This document shows, one piece after another, positions 55,485 through 60,675 of a stretch of 60,675 nucleotides of DNA. The translations under genes and the position numbers were made by a program. The stretch's first letter is position 1. Each line of letters opens with the position of its first letter. The stretch comes from Candidatus Uhrbacteria bacterium CG10_big_fil_rev_8_21_14_0_10_48_16. GTDB taxonomy: Bacteria > Patescibacteriota > Patescibacteriia > UBA9934 > GWF2-40-263. The notes under the pieces are model-generated. The model did no database searches. It was not told the origin of the DNA and saw nothing but the letters and a program-made list of their open reading frames with translations. The stretch lies in NCBI GenBank assembly GCA_002793515.1, contig PFEU01000008.1:73952-134626 (forward strand). The letters are read 5' to 3'.

Positions 55485-56423
55485 CTAGCCACTCGTTTTT
55501 ATCTTTTCCATCGCCGCATCAACAAACTGTTTATGCCAGGTTCTCATCTCTTGCTCCCTTTTATCGTTTCCATCCGCCCACTTGCGAATTTTAAAAGCAG
55601 CGCGTAGGGAAGCCATGAGGTCCCAGTATGGAAGTCCTCGATAGTCGAGGGTGGGATTTTGTGATTGATACTCTTGGGTGAATGCATCGACCATCTCAGG
55701 GCCCAACACCCACAGAAGTTCCATGCGTGCGTTTCCAACATCCTCAAGCGGCTCTCCAACGGCTGAATCGACCCAATCGATCACGGTTGGTCGGTCGCCG
55801 TTCCACATCACGTTTCCTGGCCAATAATCGCCATGGAGTAACACAGAGTCATTTCTGTATTGAAACGGCCAGTCTTGCTTAAGCACGTTACGAATCTCAC
55901 TCTCCCTGATCGAATCATCCATCTCCTTTTCACGAACAATAGACTCTCGATAGAGGTCGTCCGTGATTTGCGGAAGAAACGAAACATCATGCTTCGTTTT
56001 ATCAATCTGGTGAATCTTAGAAAGAATTCTTGCAAGATGCTTCACAAATACAAACGAATCTTCTGGTTGAAAGATCGTCTGCCCCTCAACCCAACCTACA
56101 ACCATGAATGGATCTGGCAGAGTTTTGAGCGATGTATCTAGAAAAACAGCCAGAGGCACTTGGATTCCCGAAGCTGTTAGCGTTTCTAACAAACGAAACT
56201 CTGTTGACACGACGTTTGGCAACAGCTTGAGTACTTCGAGCTTAGGGATACGCAAGGCAAAATCCATTTGTCCCTCTGATGAATGACATGAGAGGCGAAA
56301 AACGTGAGAAGAATACCCTCCCGTGAGTGGTATAGCTACTGGACTGGAATAGGATGGATCAATCGATGTGACAATTTTCTCTAACTGCTCAGTGGTTATT
56401 TCGTACATAAATCTTAGATCCAT
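55485..56423 (-). CDS. Aminoglycoside phosphotransferase/choline kinase-like phosphotransferase
   Basis: LTGGYSS, FALRIP, LLHGDYWPGNVMW, VIDW. Confidence 0.88.
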   Translation of the reverse strand: MDLRFMYEITTEQLEKIVTSIDPSYSSPVAIPLTGGYSSHVFRLSCHSSEGQMDFALRIPKLEVLKLLPNVVSTEFRLLETLTASGIQVPLAVFLDTSLKTLPDPFMVVGWVEGQTIFQPEDSFVFVKHLARILSKIHQIDKTKHDVSFLPQITDDLYRESIVREKEMDDSIRESEIRNVLKQDWPFQYRNDSVLLHGDYWPGNVMWNGDRPTVIDWVDSAVGEPLEDVGNARMELLWVLGPEMVDAFTQEYQSQNPTLDYRGLPYWDLMASLRAAFKIRKWADGNDKREQEMRTWHKQFVDAAMEKIKTSG

Positions 56424-56962
56424 CCCAAAATCGCATCGTGGTCAACGGCGGAGAGATCCGTGGTGTCCACAATTTTTGTTTTTCCGTCTAATGGGAGTGG
56501 GATGAATGTTTTGTTGAAAAAGCGCTCGTCGAATTCTTCCATTACCGAATCAAGATCATCGTTATGTCCCGGATGGCGCGCCGTTTTAGAACGCTTGATA
56601 AATCGCTCTCGTAAGACCGTCGGGTCAGCAGTTAACCAAATCTGTTTCAATTCCGCTCCATGCGTTTGTGCAAGCTCCTGAATCCAATCTGCGTCATCAA
56701 GCCAAAGAAATGTCGCATCTGCCACAACAGACTCTCCCCGATCCAGATGCATCCCAATGAGATCTCGAAAAACGGGAAAACTTAGTCGTCCAATCTCTTT
56801 AGACCACTCTCGATCTCGATACCCTCCTAAATCAAACATCGCCTCTTTGATCTCATCAAGGGCGATGCGCTGATATCCGGTTGCATCGGCAATGTGCTTG
56901 GATATAGTCGATTTTCCTGTTGCCAACGAACCTCCGACAATGATCAGCTTAGGTCGATTCAT
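56414..56962 (-). CDS. P-loop kinase (AAA_33-like)
   Basis: IVGGSLATGKST, DEIKE, VVADATF, RERFIKR. Confidence 0.82.
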   Translation of the reverse strand: MNRPKLIIVGGSLATGKSTISKHIADATGYQRIALDEIKEAMFDLGGYRDREWSKEIGRLSFPVFRDLIGMHLDRGESVVADATFLWLDDADWIQELAQTHGAELKQIWLTADPTVLRERFIKRSKTARHPGHNDDLDSVMEEFDERFFNKTFIPLPLDGKTKIVDTTDLSAVDHDAILGWI

Positions 56963-57707
56963 AACGCTTAGCCAGAAGTGCTTCGGCAATGTCTCGCTCG
57001 TCTTGGGTATTAATACCAATGACCTCCTCTGGCGCAACTTCTATGGAGGATAGTGTTTGTCCTTGTTCAACCGCCAGAGCAATCAAGTCCGTAAGGTAAT
57101 ACTCTTGTTGAGCGTTCTCATTCTTTAGAAAGGTGATATTTTTCCAAAGCCAATTTGCATCAAAACAGTACAAGCAGGGATTCACTTCTGTAATTTTCTT
57201 ATCTTCTTCTGTCGCGTCTTTATATTGAACATCGCGCACAATATGACCATCTTCTCCGCGCACGATTCTGCTCCAGTATAAAAATGCTTTTCGCCATCCT
57301 TCAAAATCTTGTAGGTGTGTTGTCATCATCGTAACGACGTTTCCTCTATCTTGATGTCGCTGAGTTAATTTCAACAATGACTCAGATGTGATAAAGGGAT
57401 GATCTCCATACAACACCATGACGGCATCCGCTGAGCCCACCGCCTCCTGCGTGACCGCAACCGCATGCCCCGTTCCTAACTGCTTCTCTTGGACCACATA
57501 GTGGCAACTCCCTCCAAACGTCTCACACAATGGCACACGCTCAGGACCAATCACAACAATAGGATCTGGATCCAGTCCCGTTGCCTGAATGGATTCGTAT
57601 AAGTACTGCAAAATTGGCTTCCCTCCAATCGGAGTAAGTGCCTTTGGGAGATCTTGCTTCATGCGCGAACCCTTGCCGGCCGCGAGAATGATAAATCGAA
57701 AAGTCAT
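56949..57707 (-). CDS. Nucleotidyltransferase, GlmU N-terminal domain only
   Basis: ILAAGKGSRM..DLPKAL, QEKQLGTGHAV, VLYGDHP, EVNPCLY, NENAQQEYYLTDLI; no hexapeptide acetyltransferase domain. Confidence 0.9.
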   Translation of the reverse strand: MTFRFIILAAGKGSRMKQDLPKALTPIGGKPILQYLYESIQATGLDPDPIVVIGPERVPLCETFGGSCHYVVQEKQLGTGHAVAVTQEAVGSADAVMVLYGDHPFITSESLLKLTQRHQDRGNVVTMMTTHLQDFEGWRKAFLYWSRIVRGEDGHIVRDVQYKDATEEDKKITEVNPCLYCFDANWLWKNITFLKNENAQQEYYLTDLIALAVEQGQTLSSIEVAPEEVIGINTQDERDIAEALLAKRYEST

Positions 57708-57787
57708 ATTGCGTCCCGTATGATAACAGTGGGAGCGGAATTTACAATATTGACAGACTCACATTCAAATGATCTGAAAAACCTCAT

Positions 57788-57898
57788 TTAAAGAAACAAG
57801 ACAGTCGCAATGATCCCCGTAAGAACCCCAAATGTATAAATAAAAACAGCTTTGAACAGCTTACAAAGGAAGCAATCTCCCTTTTTTTGTGTCTCCAT
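57788..57898 (-). CDS. Small peptide, 36 aa (METQKKGDCFLCKLFKAVFIYTFGVLTGIIATVLFL), CxxC plus hydrophobic helix
   Basis: Manual translation; ATG 10 nt after the nitroreductase stop; below the ORF-track cutoff. Confidence 0.5.
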   Translation of the reverse strand: METQKKGDCFLCKLFKAVFIYTFGVLTGIIATVLFL

Positions 57899-57908
57899 AC
57901 AACAAGCA

Positions 57909-58583
57909 TTAAAATCTCATCGCCGTAAAATTATCCATTCGAATACCCTTCTTTTTTGCAGTTTCCCACGTAGTTACTAAACGTTTTTCGATTTTCCTTG
58001 GTTTAGGTGAATAAGCTGGATATCCTATGGCAATTGATCCAACCATCTCCGCTTTTGTGTTCAGTGCCTTTTGAACAGCTTCTCGAGCGGGATAGGAATC
58101 AGCCATATAGACTGCTCCTAATCCAAACGACTTGGCTGCAAGTAATATATTCTGGACAGCAGCACCGATTCCAATAATTTCGCCCATATAGGTATACAGA
58201 CTTCTTCCACCGCGAGGATTTTTTAACACCTCATCTTTTCCACCAGATAACGGTCCCCTATTAAACACAATAATGTAAGCAAAAGCTGATCGAATCGTTG
58301 TTACGGACTCTGCAGTCGAATCGAATGCTCCTTCTGCCATCTTTCCTGTTCGAGCATCTGTTGGTCCTCTAACCAGTCTTGATTTCGCATTTTCCTCTAT
58401 CCAAGCAGCAATTTGATTCTTTGTTTTCCCTTTTGTTACAACAAAAAACCAAGGGTTACTATTTTTTGATGAGGGAGCCTGAAGACCACATTCGAGAATA
58501 GTTTTTAACACATTTGCAGGGATACGTTTCTTCGTAAACTCCCTAATACTCCGACGTTGTTGTATAGCTTGGATGATATCCAT
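57909..58583 (-). CDS. Nitroreductase-family flavoprotein; AT-rich
   Basis: IQQRRSIREF, APSSKNSNPWFF, GAAVQNILLAAKSFGLG, IAIGYP. Confidence 0.9.
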   Translation of the reverse strand: MDIIQAIQQRRSIREFTKKRIPANVLKTILECGLQAPSSKNSNPWFFVVTKGKTKNQIAAWIEENAKSRLVRGPTDARTGKMAEGAFDSTAESVTTIRSAFAYIIVFNRGPLSGGKDEVLKNPRGGRSLYTYMGEIIGIGAAVQNILLAAKSFGLGAVYMADSYPAREAVQKALNTKAEMVGSIAIGYPAYSPKPRKIEKRLVTTWETAKKKGIRMDNFTAMRF

Positions 58584-58586
58584 ACA

Positions 58587-59954
58587 CTACCCATTTTGTT
58601 GAGATCTATTAGCAGCTTGTTTTAGTCGCTGTCGTGATTTCTCCTGCTTAGCCAGATCAAGAAACCCTGTGCCAAGATACTTTTTTCCAACAACTTCAAG
58701 TCCCGTAGCAATTCGTGCTTGCAAAGTATATTTTGGTGTCTGTTGCATCATTTTAGACCACTTCCTTTTCTCTAAACCACTCGCTTGATCAAACAAATCA
58801 ATAATTTCCTGCCATTGTTCCTCAGTATTTGAGAACTTCATGATCAATTCTTTAAGTTTTTTCTCTTCTTTGCTTTTTACATCCACAACTCCAGCCTCAT
58901 CTGTAGCCACAGAAAATCCAAAAAAATGAGTTTTTGAACAAATTTCAGGACCTAATTTTTTCATAATTTCAGCGACCGACCAAATAGACGGCAACCGATA
59001 CATGCCTTGTTCAGCAAGTTCACCAACGAGTGTTGCATCTCTCACATTCATCGTCATAACAATCATTGTGTCACACAAACCATTATCCCATGCAAAACGA
59101 ACTGTCTTTTCCGCATCTTCAACTGATTCTCTCTCTGTTAAAAATGGGGGCTTAAATAATGTATGTGCAGTCGCTTTTATTCCGTATTGATGAAGTAAAT
59201 CTACCCGTTCTTTATAGGGAACGGCAACACGTTTTGCCATGGCCCCTTCTAAAATTAGCGGATCAGAACTTTCAATCCCATAACCCACATCAATCCTAAG
59301 ATCCTTTCCGATTTCGATTCCTTCATTTTCAAAAAACTGCTTCAAATCATCTAAAACCTCTGGGGTGACGTGCTTTAAACGGGATTCCGTCGTCCACTCA
59401 ACTCCTTCAGGAAATTGTTTTGATTTAACCATTTCAGCAATTCTCCGATAAACATCAAGACGAGTCTCTTTAGGAATTTCTCTTTCATCAAACATTGACC
59501 CGATAGCTGTCAGATTCACCAGTGCCCAATCCCTTCCTGCATTCTCTTTTAAAATAAGTTCGAAGGCACTCGATATTTGACCCGGAAGAGATTCCATAAC
59601 TTCCATTCGCTTCGCACCACTTGTACCATAATCACAAAATGAACAATCACCACGATGCGCATCCATGCAACCAACCGTAGAGACGGAAATAAGAGAGTTT
59701 TCACGTCCAGGTTGTCCTAACACTGGCAGCGAAAAAGACACAAAATCTGTTCCTGAAATAATAGCCCTTCTTTCTTTTCGAATCTTTTTCATCACCCGGT
59801 TCCAAATAGGGTGAGCCACTTCTAAGACATCCTCTCTTGCCACATCCTTAAGTTCACTAGGGACATTAAAATTATGATCAGGATCATTTAACATTTCAGC
59901 TACATACTCTCGATCTGGTTGGGGTCCTGGTTTATCAATTCCCATATAATTCAC
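58587..59954 (-). CDS. Radical SAM protein resembling the archaeosine-synthesis RaSEA (TIGR01210-like) family; AT-rich
   Basis: STVGCMDAHRGDCSFCDY (CX7CX2C), GSMFDEREIP, ESRL, VGYGIES, LFKPPFLTERESVED; start may be ATG 59945. Confidence 0.8.
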   Translation of the reverse strand: MNYMGIDKPGPQPDREYVAEMLNDPDHNFNVPSELKDVAREDVLEVAHPIWNRVMKKIRKERRAIISGTDFVSFSLPVLGQPGRENSLISVSTVGCMDAHRGDCSFCDYGTSGAKRMEVMESLPGQISSAFELILKENAGRDWALVNLTAIGSMFDEREIPKETRLDVYRRIAEMVKSKQFPEGVEWTTESRLKHVTPEVLDDLKQFFENEGIEIGKDLRIDVGYGIESSDPLILEGAMAKRVAVPYKERVDLLHQYGIKATAHTLFKPPFLTERESVEDAEKTVRFAWDNGLCDTMIVMTMNVRDATLVGELAEQGMYRLPSIWSVAEIMKKLGPEICSKTHFFGFSVATDEAGVVDVKSKEEKKLKELIMKFSNTEEQWQEIIDLFDQASGLEKRKWSKMMQQTPKYTLQARIATGLEVVGKKYLGTGFLDLAKQEKSRQRLKQAANRSQQNG

Positions 59955-60021
59955 TTAAAAAAATAATCTGCTTAAAGAAGTATATCAAATATAAAACCTG
60001 TGTAACAAAAAAGAACCCTTT

Positions 60022-60133
60022 GTCCTGGCGCCCACCTACTCTCGCGCAATCGCACTACCATCGGCCCAAGGAAGCTTAACGGCCGTGTTCGGGATGGGAA
60101 CGGGTGTGGCCTTCCTGGAAGTGGCACCAAGAC
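60022..60133 (-). rRNA. rrf: 5S rRNA
   Basis: CACACCCGTTCCCATCCCGAACACGG..GTTAAG, GCCGATGGTAGT, GAGAGTAGG; enclosed by AAGAACCCTTTGTC/GACAAAGGGTTCTT. Confidence 0.97.
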
Positions 60134-60348
60134 AAAGGGTTCTTTAATTTTACTAAATAAGGGTAGCGGCAAGAATCAATTACTCGTTCACGTATTTCAC
60201 GTGATGAAAGTTTGATTCGGTTTTCAAAATGGAATGAGATGCGCCGCTCTGGAGCCATGAAAGATTTTGAGACGACCAAATGGTCGTTGAAAAATTTTCA
60301 TGGCGAAGAGCAAGCAGATCGTCCATTTTGGAAATCGAATGCATGAGT

Positions 60349-60675
<327 letters not shown>

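Overview
Bacterial chromosome window in the standard genetic code, most consistent with a Patescibacteria (CPR, Parcubacteria-like) genome. That assignment is inferred from gene content: secG next to an orphan peptide-binding protein, a Cys-rich pilin-like protein, a DUF4012-type polysaccharide locus and CPR-type surface repeat proteins. The backbone (~40-50% GC) carries the 5' part of uvrA, tRNA-Leu(CAG), rnj, trpS, rnpB, a glycosyltransferase locus, ruvA, ileS, a pentose-phosphate/glycolysis cluster, tRNA-Ala(TGC), 5S rRNA and the 3' end of 23S rRNA. It is interrupted by GC-rich accessory genes and AT-rich patches. No CRISPR array, integrase or transposase was seen. Most unusual observations: (1) a complete tRNA-Ala nested by inverted repeats inside a split copy of the same tRNA (50385-50631); (2) two divergent sigma70 promoters driving long, hairpin-dense, ORF-poor transcripts next to a TrmB-family regulator (~31560-33035); (3) a RavA/ViaA-like pair in which the ATPase has a degenerate Walker B and the VWA protein carries 12 Gly pentapeptides matched by 12 acidic tetrapeptides; (4) an NrN-like DHH phosphoesterase next to a CNNM/CBS membrane protein; (5) an archaeal-type RaSEA-like radical SAM gene with a nitroreductase and a 36-aa CxxC peptide. 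All family calls are from motif recognition by eye; no database search or folding program was run.
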